Source of the DNA: Zancudomyces culisetae HAW-14-8
Taxonomy: Eukaryota; Fungi; Kickxellomycota
Direction: 5' to 3'
NCBI GenBank assembly: GCA_052426225.1
Contig: JBNJNM010000015.1
Coordinates: 992,001 to 1,056,000 of the forward strand
DNA: 64,000 bases
This document shows, one piece after another, positions 12,516 to 24,073 of this stretch. The notes under the pieces are model-generated. The model saw only the letters and a program-made list of their open reading frames with translations, was not told where the DNA came from and ran no database searches. A program made the position numbers and the translations under genes. Numbering within the stretch: the stretch's first letter is position 1; every line of letters begins with the position of its first letter.

Positions 12516-12678
12516 GAGGATGTAGAAGTAGAAACGGAAATCAAGTGGTACGAATATAAATAGCCACTAGTGAGATTGTGATGAATAGAGCAGAAGCACA
12601 CAATAAAAGAAGGGATGGTGGCTGTTTTTCTTACTACCTTTCGGCTTTTGATTGTCATTCCGGCTACCGAATCTTATT

Positions 12679-13461
12679 TCAATTCATTTGACGGATGAGG
12701 TTGTTGATCTTGTCCTCGCGGTCTCCGAATGAACCATTGTCATTGTAGTGTCTGGATTTCTTTCCAGTCCAGCCACCGTTTGGTGAAGACAACTTGAATG
12801 GCCACAAGAAAGTGTTAGCCTGCTTGAAGTTTGGTCCAACTGTAAAGATTTCGTGTACCAAATCTTCAATACAGATGATTCCGAATTTACCCAAAGCTTG
12901 TTGGATGACAGCGTTCTCAGAGATTGGGATTCTTTGACCATGAACCTTTCCGAATCCACGCTTGTAAATGAGTTCGCGGACGGATTTGAGGTTTGGCTCT
13001 CCAAAGGCTACATATGGGTTGACCAATTGCAACATTTGCTTGGTAGCCTTGGTAAGTCTTACAAAGACACCATTGTTGATCTGCAAGAGACGGAGGAGTT
13101 GAAGAATCTTTCTTGGCTTTGGTGGGATGTTGTTGATACCCTTGGTACGGATGACAAAGGCCAACTTGGCTTCCTCTGGAATGTAGAAGTTTCCAGCGCG
13201 CTTAGCTTGGCGCTTGTACAAAACCTCCTTCCGCTGCTTCTCGACGTACTCGCTTGCATACTGCTCGGCACGCTTGAAGATAACCTTTCTGTTCTTGCGC
13301 TGTGCGCGCTTGTTGGCACGAATTGTGAGGATTTTGGAGTCGACTTGGCGCTGCGATGCGCGCCGCCGCTTAATTAGCGATTCTGGTACTGGAACTTTGG
13401 CATTTGACTGTTTTCTTTGTTTGGTGGTGGTTTTGTTGATTAGCTTTTTCAAAAAATCCAT
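12679..13461 (-). CDS. RPL7: 60S ribosomal protein L7 (uL30), intronless
   Basis: [69 protein letters not shown]. First ATG is at 13461. Confidence 0.97.
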   Translation of the reverse strand: MDFLKKLINKTTTKQRKQSNAKVPVPESLIKRRRASQRQVDSKILTIRANKRAQRKNRKVIFKRAEQYASEYVEKQRKEVLYKRQAKRAGNFYIPEEAKLAFVIRTKGINNIPPKPRKILQLLRLLQINNGVFVRLTKATKQMLQLVNPYVAFGEPNLKSVRELIYKRGFGKVHGQRIPISENAVIQQALGKFGIICIEDLVHEIFTVGPNFKQANTFLWPFKLSSPNGGWTGKKSRHYNDNGSFGDREDKINNLIRQMN

Positions 13462-14461
13462 TTTTCCCTTCACTCCGCGTTTGTGTTTACGTTTGTGTTT
13501 TGTCTTTGGTCTTTTTTGTTTTTTTTGTTTTTTTTTTGTATAGGAGTAAAAATAGTGCTATTACTAAAAACTTTCAACTAATTTAAGTAAACGAAATATT
13601 GAAAGCAAATGGCACTTTATGTGTTATAAATTCGTGCAACCACATAACCCACACGGAAATAATAAAATAATAAAATACTAGAAAATTTTTTTTTCTAATT
13701 GATTGTTCTAAAGACCATGTCATATCAGTGGCTACGCCATAAACGAACAAAATTTGAATTAGACATATAACCTCCTAGCCCACTCATAAATCCCTGGGCA
13801 TCAGATCGTGAAGTGCTTATATACTTGCTGTATATCATTGCATTAATCCAATGTCAATCTATGTCGCTGTTGCCTTTGTCTATGCCTTCTTTTTCTTTTC
13901 CCTCTCCTAGCTTTTATTTTCGCCTTCACTCCACTCGAGTTTATCTATTTTGGTTGAATAAGCTTTGCTCTAGCATTTTTATTTTTATTTTTATTTTTAC
14001 TTTTGATGTTTCAGTTTATTATCCAACTCTCCATATATTTTTGCAATGCCTTACAAATGCTTGTTATTTAGACATTTTTATATATCGCGCATTCAAAAGG
14101 CGAGTAAAAATTATGTATTGAAAAGGTTATTGAGTATTTGTTAGACAGGATTTTGGTCACATTACATAAAAATATAAAAATGCTAATATTGCTAATTTTA
14201 TAACATTTAGGCTTTTGATGAAAATTTCAAAATTTTTGTCATATATGTAAACAGTATAAAACTAATAAAAATAGCATATTGCTAAACCAATTTGGCATAT
14301 ATATCAGTATTTCTTGTTAGCTATTTTGTTTCAGACTAGCAGTGAATGTGTTTGGCCTGTCGTGCATGCGGAACAACACCTTTACGGTTTTAGAATAAGC
14401 AAAAAGCCTAAAATGCAATAGATAAACATAACTAGAGAATCAAAAATAAAGCCGATAGAAA

Positions 14462-17400
14462 ATGTTTGGAAATGTTCAGAAACAGCAGAATGCTTCACAG
14501 CAACAGCTGCATCAGAAGCAGAACAAAGAAACCAAAACCCACTCGTTTTTTTCGCAGCTGAGAAATATGGTAAAGACAGCAGGTGTTGTGATTTCAGGCG
14601 CACAGGTTACCAGAGAGGAAGTATTTTGTAGAAACTGGGATGCAGTTAGCGAATTCTATGAGACTGGAAATCAACGTACGTGTTTTACTGTAAATATAAA
14701 TATAAGTATTATATATTATATTTAACTAGTATGTAATTTTTGCCTGTTTTAGCTGGCACATTTCTGTAATTGTAAAACAATATAACACACTAGGGTATAT
14801 CACGCAAATACATTTGAATAAGACTACATTGACAAAAAATTTGCAAACAATGATTAACTGCTTGGAGATGGAATGGGAAGAGCAATTGTTAGCATCACAA
14901 AACAGAGAGCAAAATCGCTATGGTGCGGGCAAAGGCGAAGGCGAAGAAGCGGGTTGTTGTTGTAGCGATATTTTAGTAGAGGATCGGATACTGGCTAAAC
15001 TAGCTATATATGGAGAGACAGATATTCCGCACGATATGCAGTACGTTGTTTTACGGTTTTTCAAAAAGGTGGTACAAATGGCACCAATAGACTTGTTAAT
15101 GGAAAAGGAAACAAGAAGCATAATATATGGATTCAGCCGAGTCATATACAATGAGCTAAACGAGCGAAGAAGCAAGGATGCAGCAACAAAACGGAGGTTG
15201 ATGGTAGGAAATCCTGGTGGTATTCCAGCTGCTATGCAAACTCCTAGACTGTCGCGTGTGGGTAAAGAGTGGCGAAATAGCAACCGAAATAATGTGGATC
15301 AAAGTAAAAAAACGCTCTTGATTCGGCATGAACTGGTCGAAATAGTTCATAGTTTGATGTTGAGATTGAAGGACGTTGATCGAGATAAGGTGAATAAATT
15401 CTTTGATTGGAATAACCAAGCTTTAGGCAGCACATCAACAAAGACATCGAGTAGCGAGGCGAAAGTAAAACAGAAGAGCAGTAATAGTGGTAGTAGAAAA
15501 ATGGGTAAGTTTTATTTGTGGGTTTTGTTTGAAAACCTCATGGAACCAGGGCTAACAGGCGAATCTGCAAGGGAAGGATTGTATTATTATTCGCAAGTTT
15601 TGGCCAGGTCAGCTAGTGAAGGCGCTGCGGAAATAATATATGGAACTAACGGAACTGGAGAAAGCGACAACGAAGGTATTATATTAGGCCTTATAGAAAA
15701 CATAAGCTACCTGTATGCACAGCTGCCAATGGGAAAGGCAGCGTCAAGGTCAATGGGTGTGCGGTTGTTTACAGCCAAAAACTATGGAAGACGAGCATTG
15801 TCAGTTCCAATACGCAAGCTTTTTGAATATGAAATTAGACACAGTGATACAAACGAGAATGAGATTGGCGATAGATACTATACTAATACTAGCAGAAAAA
15901 TGGGGAAAAGGAGCAGTAGTAAGGGACGGATGAATAGCTACGTTAACAACGATGGAAACAGCAGCGGGAACGCTGGAGAGTTTGAAGAACTGACAAGCTT
16001 GGGGTATCAGAAAAAAATTAGCAACTCGGTAATTTCACACAAGCAAACAGATGTAGATTTATATTATATGTGCTGGGAGCTACTAGACGAGCTGGCAGTT
16101 GTTTTTACTAAAGCAACCAACCATAACCATAACCATAAACTTGGAAACAGCGAAGCTGAAAACATGATAAAATCTATAGTAAAAACTATAACAGAAAAAT
16201 TCTTAAGCAGTACATTAATCCCGGGGCTGCTAAACACACCCAATACAGTCGCAGCCTCTTCGACTACCACCTATGTTATAGAGATGATCAAGGTTTCACA
16301 TTCGGAATGCTTGCGGATTCCGCTTTTGAAATCACTTCTAGAGGCTGATCAAGGACGAGGATTGGATGTGCTATTAAGCAGAATCAAGGACAGTCAAAAC
16401 GAACGACTTGCTCTCTCAACATTGAAGCTCTTTGACACAATGTTCGATACTCTAGATCAGTATGTCTATGAGTATCTGGTATTAAAGTATTTTACTCCAC
16501 ACACTGACTCTGCATCTTTGCGTTCACTTTCACCTTCATCCGAGTCTCCATCCTCACCTTCATCTTCATTCTCATCCTCATCTTCACCCTCCTCTCCCCT
16601 ATCCATACTTCCAAATCCCTTCCCTCTGGGCACCAATGAAAGCCTTGTCACCGACTATAAAATTTCCAAAGCTGTAGCCTCACATTTCTGCAACATTTCA
16701 CCTTCAAACATCTCCGACTATATGCCAGAAGCTGTTATTGCGGCTGCCTCTGCCACATTTAGTTCCAAGTTTCAACCTACCAACCCCATCGATATCAACG
16801 AAAGTGAGACAAATAGCGATTATATCACCCAGAATTCCACCCCTAACCCTGAGCAGTTCTTGGATTCGAAGGTCAATAATATTGCTGACAACTTGGGTGA
16901 TCCCTATGTCATCTCTACAGTACAAAAAGTTTCTATAGTATATGAGATACAGCTAAAAACATGGAACAACCATCGATCCCAAATATCCAGTACCAACCAC
17001 AAGTCGGATCTGCGTTCGAACGACGAGCATGATATTGATTTTAATGACCTGTATCCTGGTCCCTTTTTACACACTCTTTTCCAGCTCCTACGATCCTTGC
17101 TAAAACGGCATTTGGCTCACATTTTGCTAATCACCAGTATATTCTCACGGCTTGCCTCTTTACCTCATCAAAACTTATCCTCTTATCTATTTTTACAATC
17201 TGCTGCTGTCAACTCCAATGCGGATGATCATGTTGATACCACCAACCCAAACGACAATACAAGCCCCGATATAAAAGCTACAAAACCTCGGCGTAAAAAA
17301 AACCATACTCACAGCCTGGTAGATATTATAACCATTGTATCCTCTCAGTCCTGTGTAAAAGCTGAGCTAGTCGAAAATTTTGTTACTTTACTCCACCGCT

Positions 17401-17813
17401 TTAAGGATGTTGGAATTAGGGGCGCAAGTTCGACCACATCAATCAAAAATCTAATTTTTCATCCACAATCGCTCACCAACTCCTCTATTACCTCACCATC
17501 CTCACCCCCTCCCTCATCAATATCGCCTCACTATTCCTTAACGCTGCTCAACAACATTCCACACAGTGATTTGGATGCTACCCCAAACACCAACCTCAGT
17601 CTCATTGGCAACCAGCACTCTATTTCAAACAACAACGAGGACGATGGTCATGCCACTAGCAGTGCTGCCATCTCCCGGTTTATTTTTGCCTATTTATCTC
17701 TTGATGAGTTTTGTAAGGAAATGGCTGCAATTGCGTTATCCCACTACATCGTCTCGCTTGACTATTTGCTAGATTCCATTGTATTCACGAAATTCAATAG
17801 TTTGTTATCTTAA
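14462..17813 (+). CDS. FHIP/FAM160 (RAI16-like) FTS-Hook-interacting protein; exons 14462-14675, 14794-17813
   Basis: PGPFL..LF..L..L....L...LLITSIFSRLA.LP...L..YL and C-terminal EFCKEMAAI motifs of FAM160. In-phase intron GTACG..TAG. Confidence 0.8.
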
Positions 17814-18019
17814 CTTGTTGATAACCAATTGCTTTCTTTTTATTTTCTTGTGCATATTTTTCACCCTCTTATGTAAATTCGGACAATTGTTGCTCTTTCT
17901 TTGAAAAACTTAAGACTAGCCAATAACAAACAGTCATTTATTCTCGTTTTGTATTTACCACCTTGGTTCATCCACAAGAAACCGTAGTACATCCAACAAA
18001 GTTATACAGAATATAGGAT

Positions 18020-18043
18020 GGGGAAGGGGAAGGGGAAGGGGAA
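18020..18043 (+). repeat. (GGGGAA)4 repeat, G-quadruplex-forming motif
   Basis: GGGGAAGGGGAAGGGGAAGGGG read directly. Confidence 0.85.
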
Positions 18044-21000
18044 GGAAAGGTGGTTTAGCTGATTTTGCGCAACGTCATTTATTTCTGTTTGATTGCTAGT
18101 ACCATCTTCGAGGTAATTAATTGGATATTTTTTCTTATCTGGAACACTTGATACTACAAAAACTAGTTTATTAAACCCATTTCAAATTCAACAAGAAAAA
18201 GTATAATCAAATAAATAAAAAACAGATATTCAATGTGATTGTGGTATTGATCTACTTTTGATACTGATGATGATTGTGATAATGACAGCGGTTTTCTCTC
18301 TATTTTTCTCTTTTTTTTTTGGTAAGGGTACCAATAGTGCTTATTATGCGGGAACTTTTACCCTGGCATAATCCCCAACATCTGTCACATTGCTTTTTAT
18401 CATCGATATCGTCACCACCATCCTTATTCATCGTCATTAAAGCCATTATTATCATTTACTTATTGTCGCAAAAAATCACCTATTTGTTGTGCAACCGGAT
18501 AGCTAACTTGTCTCAAAACTGCTTCGACCAGTCCTCGTTAGTTTATTTAAACTTAGAACAGCAAAAACGTGATTACATGCTTACTGATACGTATGCCATT
18601 AAAGAATACTAATTAAATTACGTCTGACACGTTTGCACATTAATTAAAGCGCCTTGGGCCACTTTTTCTTTTTTTTTTTCAAAGCTCACGCCTCACACTC
18701 ACTACTCCGCACATACACACAGATCATACATGCTATTGTCTGATATTCATTTTCTATTTATTCCTTGTTTGATTTTTAATTATCAAAATCGTTGATTTAA
18801 TTAACACAATTATAATATACAAATTATTCACATGTAAAGCCAAAGCCCAAAATTAATAATAACACTCTAATTAGTACCTCACAAATACGGCGAAGCTATT
18901 ATGTTAAAGCAAGCCCAGTCTTTTTTTAGACATTTTCAATAAGTGGAATTTTAATCATCATCCACTGATTTACTATCCAACATCCCAAATCAAACACGCA
19001 ATAAAACTTGTTGTGTAGCAATAGTAAAATTTGGTAACACTTTGGGAGATGGGAAATATCAAATATCACTGTCAGTATTGTGCTTTTCATTCATATCTAG
19101 CAGCATACAGCTGAGATGGATATACATCTCGAACTTGATTGTTTATTGACGTGAGGACACATACATCTATGTTTTGGAATGAAGCCTCTACCATTATTTT
19201 GTTTAAATGGGTTTGTATAACTCTTGTAGCTGTAATCCTTGTCATTCATTTGATACCGGGTTTCACAATTGTGCTTATCTGTTTTTATCAGAAATCATAG
19301 GTTGTTTTTATCTTTTCCACCCTGTTTCACCCGGTTAATCTAAATATCGCTTGAGATACTAGCTATCGATCTCTATGGTGCACACACCACAGATAACACA
19401 CTCTTGTTTACTAGTGCGCTATACTCTGGTATGATTTAAATTTTATAAACAAAAAATTGGTTTTCCATATTGAAGAAGCTTTTGTAAAACATCCAGAATG
19501 TGTGCTGATTTGAGTTTTGGAGTATTTGTAGCATCTCTACAATTGCAACAGTTTTTGCAAAGTCAGCATCAATTTTTAAGCCACTTGAAAATACTCTTAC
19601 AAGAAAACACGCCAGATCTGCTCTCAGTAGAAGTATAACACACTTTTTACTCTTGTCTTGAGAAACATTTTTAGCTAAGTATTGTTGTTATATATTTTAT
19701 CTGATGTTTGTAGACGCTACCAAATATCATGCAAGTAGAAAAACGGTAAACAATCAGCAGGATTTAGCTTGATGATATTTTTCATTTCAGTGTGTCCACT
19801 TTGCTTGATCTCAACAATACACAAAAAATAATAATAATCGGCCTTTGCAATTTTGGTGGGCACAAAAGTAAACATATTTCTTGTTGTTGTATCTTTTCGG
19901 GGGGAGGTTGGTGGTTTCATTGGGTTATGCGAATTTTGTATCACCCTATATTGATACAAATAAATTCTCGAGTTGTAACTCTTTATCACGATCAAATCGA
20001 TAAGCAAAGTTTCTGTCCTCTCTCTCCTTTATGCATAAAGTAGGTTTTTTTTGTGTATTCCATTGGAGGTAACAACGCTTTGTAGATTCTGCAACAAAAC
20101 TAACACATTTATTTTCCAGCCATTCTTTTTACCTTCCTTCACACCTGGCTGAGAAAATGCGGAAAATTAAAACGAACCCGTTTTTTTTGAATCGACGTTT
20201 TTTAAAAGTGATGTGCTGCAGATCTTTAATATACTTCTGGCCTTTTGTTCATTGCTAACAATATGAGATATTAATAAAAACAATAGTCGAGACAATTGAA
20301 ATTGAGAAACAACTAGACCAAGTTGCTACCGTACCCGGAATGTATATAATGTACAAACACAGCTTTTAATTTAACAACCCACTTGTCCAAAAAAAAAAGA
20401 GAAAATCAACAAAAGGAAACTTGTGTGTGATTGTTTTGGTAGAGCTGACATGAGGAAACGTTGTTGCCACTTGCGAAATATCAGAATTTTTATTTTGCTT
20501 ATTGTGGTTCTCGCGTTAGTACACCATTATTGCATCTGTAGCATTGGAATGTACGTCAATTGATTTTATTTTCCAGAATTGTAAACTCTGTTATTGATTT
20601 TTTTCAATAAACATTTTTGAAATAAAATTTTTCTTCAAGGGGGAGATATGAATAAACGAAGAGATAACAATTATCGCACTTAATTAGTCCACACATTGTT
20701 TGAGCAAAAAAAAAAAAGGGCATAGCTTTGCTAATTCAGGTTAGTTTAGTTGGGGCATTAATATAAACCTCGGCCAATTTTAATTTATCCATGCCAATTA
20801 GGCTTTAGATTGAATTTAATTAAGCTAATACCGTCAGTTTATCAATTTTCAGGAATGGGTAAATGAAATAAGTTTTTCATGAGTATTCCTATTCAATGGA
20901 AACAAATTTTGTAATAAAATTTCCATTTTGAAAAACCTTTTTTTATTTGTGAAAATCAGTAAAATTGGTCTGGAAAGTCGGCCTGGAAAATTCTTCTGGA

Positions 21001-21291
21001 TATGAAAAAAAAATAAATTGTAATTAAAACGTGAAATAGGAGGAAGGGAAGAAGGGAAGAAGGGAGGCTTGATAGAGATCGTTATAAAAGCAAGCAAATT
21101 TGGATGGATGTCTCATTTCGACTTTTCTTTTGCTTTTTCTTATTCCAAAAAAGTAGGACATAATACAAATTTTGGACAGGCGTAGACAAAAAAGTCGTAG
21201 CATCATATTGTTCATCTTGTTATCCAAGGCGGAAACCTTTTCACCACTTTATCCTTCAGAAACTTGTATGTAAAGAAAGAATAGCGCGAAA

Positions 21292-21510
21292 ATGGAAGTA
21301 TGCTCTGTGTGTGGATTTAAAACGGACTCACTAAACATGTACTTTGATCATCTTTATTTTGATCAGAACCATGCCAAAAAGGAGTATATTCAAATGATGA
21401 TCGAGAAACATCGGAACACAACACGGAAGTATCGAGAAATGGCAATGGAAGATAGAGGATATACCCGCTTTTCCCGGTCACCTCTTATTGAACAAAGTCA
21501 TAAAACATAG
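21292..21510 (+). CDS. Putative 72-aa microprotein with a single C2H2-type zinc finger
   Basis: CSVC-x12-H-x6-H (CSVCGFKTDSLNMYFDHLYFDQNH). Good start context (gaaaATGG). Isolated in an otherwise noncoding region. Confidence 0.55.
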   Translation: MEVCSVCGFKTDSLNMYFDHLYFDQNHAKKEYIQMMIEKHRNTTRKYREMAMEDRGYTRFSRSPLIEQSHKT

Positions 21511-22887
21511 AACTTGTGTTACTCCGGAAAGAAAAACTCGTCTAATGCATCATATTCCTTTTAATAGCGTTGTTTTTTATTTTTATTTTTATTATTTGCC
21601 TTAATATGCGCTCTCTTGAGAGAGCTTCGCCTAGAGTATAATTACCGTCACCATTATTTGGTTTTGGCAATTCTGTATTTTACATACCCCTTCCTTCTTT
21701 TACTACTTTACTTGTTTTCTGGAGATAATAAATGTCCGCTTATGGTTTAGAGCTCCCCTTCGGTGAGTATCGTGTAGTCCTTTGTTACAAAGAACAAAAT
21801 TGGAAAACTGATACGACTGAGTCCAGTTGCCTCACACTGAGTACCCCCTTTTTTTTTTGTTTATGATTTATGTATTCTGTGCCTCAGTCCTTTGTGATTG
21901 ACCCCGAAAGCTAACGAGGTGCATGTATGAGGAATCTTGTTCATGAATGAATACAGCAAAAGTATAATCAACTGGAAGCACATTCTTTGCATGTGTTGTT
22001 ATCAAGACATTCACACAGTATCCTCGTAGTGAATTGGTTTTTTCGCCGATTGAAACATCAGCATAGGTGATGTAATCCTCACTTATTTTGTGTACCAATG
22101 CTAGCTTTGTATAAATGGCGCTGTATTTTTTATTTATTTTTTACTGTCACCAGACACACCATTGTACTAACCAGTATGATAGAAATGGATGATTTGCTTA
22201 CCCAAAAGAACTATTTAGTGCGTATTTTTTCTTTGTTATTATGGGAGTTTTTCAAATATAAGTTACATAACACAGAGTAATACAAGTCTTTTGTGCCACT
22301 CGATTTTTATGACTTGTCTGAACAGACTCTTACGAAATATGGATATAAAATTTTGGATGCAGTTTTTTTTTGTCAAGAAATGTGGTAAATATCGCCTAAA
22401 CTTGTTATGTTTGACACGAGCCCGCAGACAAGGCAACACATTATGCTACCCTTATCCAGTTTGGGTTCAGCATCAATCTTTTCCCCTTGCTCTTTGGTAA
22501 TCAATTTGACAGGGGTCTTTGTTTTTGTTGTTGCATCTCGTTGAAAAGTCGTTTTTTCTTTTTTCCTTACTCTTTTTGCATTTTGTTATTAATGAGAAAA
22601 AAGCTGACACCCTCCCATTTCCAAATGCACTTTGCCACTATCATACCAACCCGCTTGTATCATATCCCTAAAAAGAGTGGGACCAACTTTAAGATATCTG
22701 CTACTCTATGAAGACACAATATCCCAAAATAAGCAGATTACTAACCACCCAAACACTCTAGTGCTCTTATATTTAGCTTTATACTTTGACCAGTTTATAA
22801 ATGGTGCCATGTTTGATACAAAGCTAACATAAACTTAAATAAATATAAAGACAAAACACATTTAGTCAATAAAAGCATGAAAGTCGT

Positions 22888-24073
22888 TTATAGCCTGCTT
22901 TGAAGCATCCTCAATTTCTTTATTCGTGCCTCTGACTCATCATCAATAAAGAAATCTGGAGACAGTTCTTCCAGCTTTGTTCCTGGTGTTGTATTGTACT
23001 TTTCAAAATCAGTAACGCCATGATCGCGCAAAAGTATCTCGTCAATGAAGAAATTTCCAGAACAGACCTTTGAATTTTTCGTTAAAACAATGTAGGCTGC
23101 ATCAGACATTATATCAACATTACGAGAGTTCTCTGTAAGCGTTCCACTGTCCAAAATTGTTAGCGCAGAAGTACCGATGGCGGTATAAGGCCAGAGTGAG
23201 TTTACAGCAATTCCATACTTCTTCAACTCTGCAGAAAGGCCAAGGACAGTCATAGACATTCCGTATTTTGCCATGGTATATGCGGTGGAGCCACCAAACC
23301 ATTTCTTATCCATACTCAGAGGTGAGCTCATGGTTAGTATGTGTGGATTTTCGGCCTTTTTCAGATATGGGATAGCAAGCTTAGAAACCAACCAGGTTCC
23401 TCTGGCATTGATGGAGTGCATCAAGTCATATCTGGAAACGCTTGTTTCCTCGGTGCTTGTCAAACTTATGGCCGAAGCTAAATGTATTTTTCATGCTAAT
23501 GTTAGTATGTTTTAATCTACAAGGAAGAGGGAAGAGGGAAGAAATGAATATATCATGATCATGACACAATAATACTAAATGTGGTAACTGACCATTGTTA
23601 ATAACAATATCGATGCCACCAAACACCTCTACAGTCTTTTCGATTGCTGCTCTGACTTGTTTTTCATCGCGTAGATCGCATTTAATAGGAAGTGCTTCAC
23701 CACCTGCTTCTCTAATTTTCTCGGCAACGGTATAGATTGTCCCTGGGAGCTATATAAAACCAATTTGTTCAATTAAAAAAATTTTTTTAGGCAGAGCGCT
23801 GCAAATGGTAAAAGAAAATAATTGAATACAAACCTTTGGGTGAGCTTCGGTTGTCTTTGCGACAACAGCTATCTTCGCACCGTCTTTGGCAGCACGGATG
23901 GCTATGGCTTCTCCAATTCCTCTATATCAAGGTGCATTAAAACGTATAGTTGTAGTAAACATTTTTTTATGACTCTTCACTGCGACAAATCCTAATTTCG
24001 AAAAAAAAAAACACGATAATTACCTTGAGCAACCTGTAATAAACAGAACCTTTCCTTTAAGTGAGCGTACCAT
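22888..24073 (-). CDS. HSDL2: Hydroxysteroid dehydrogenase-like protein 2 (SDR family), peroxisomal; 4 exons
   Basis: Spliced N-terminus MVRSLKGKVLFITGCSRGIGEAIA..AAKDGA; HPKLPGTIY; NNASAI; catalytic YTMAK; C-terminal PTS1 SRL. Confidence 0.92.

Noticed and set aside
21760-21860. Imperfect long hairpin followed by a T-run (possible ncRNA)
   Set aside because: Pairing is AT-rich and bulged, there are no Pol III A/B boxes or snoRNA boxes, and it is plausible by chance.
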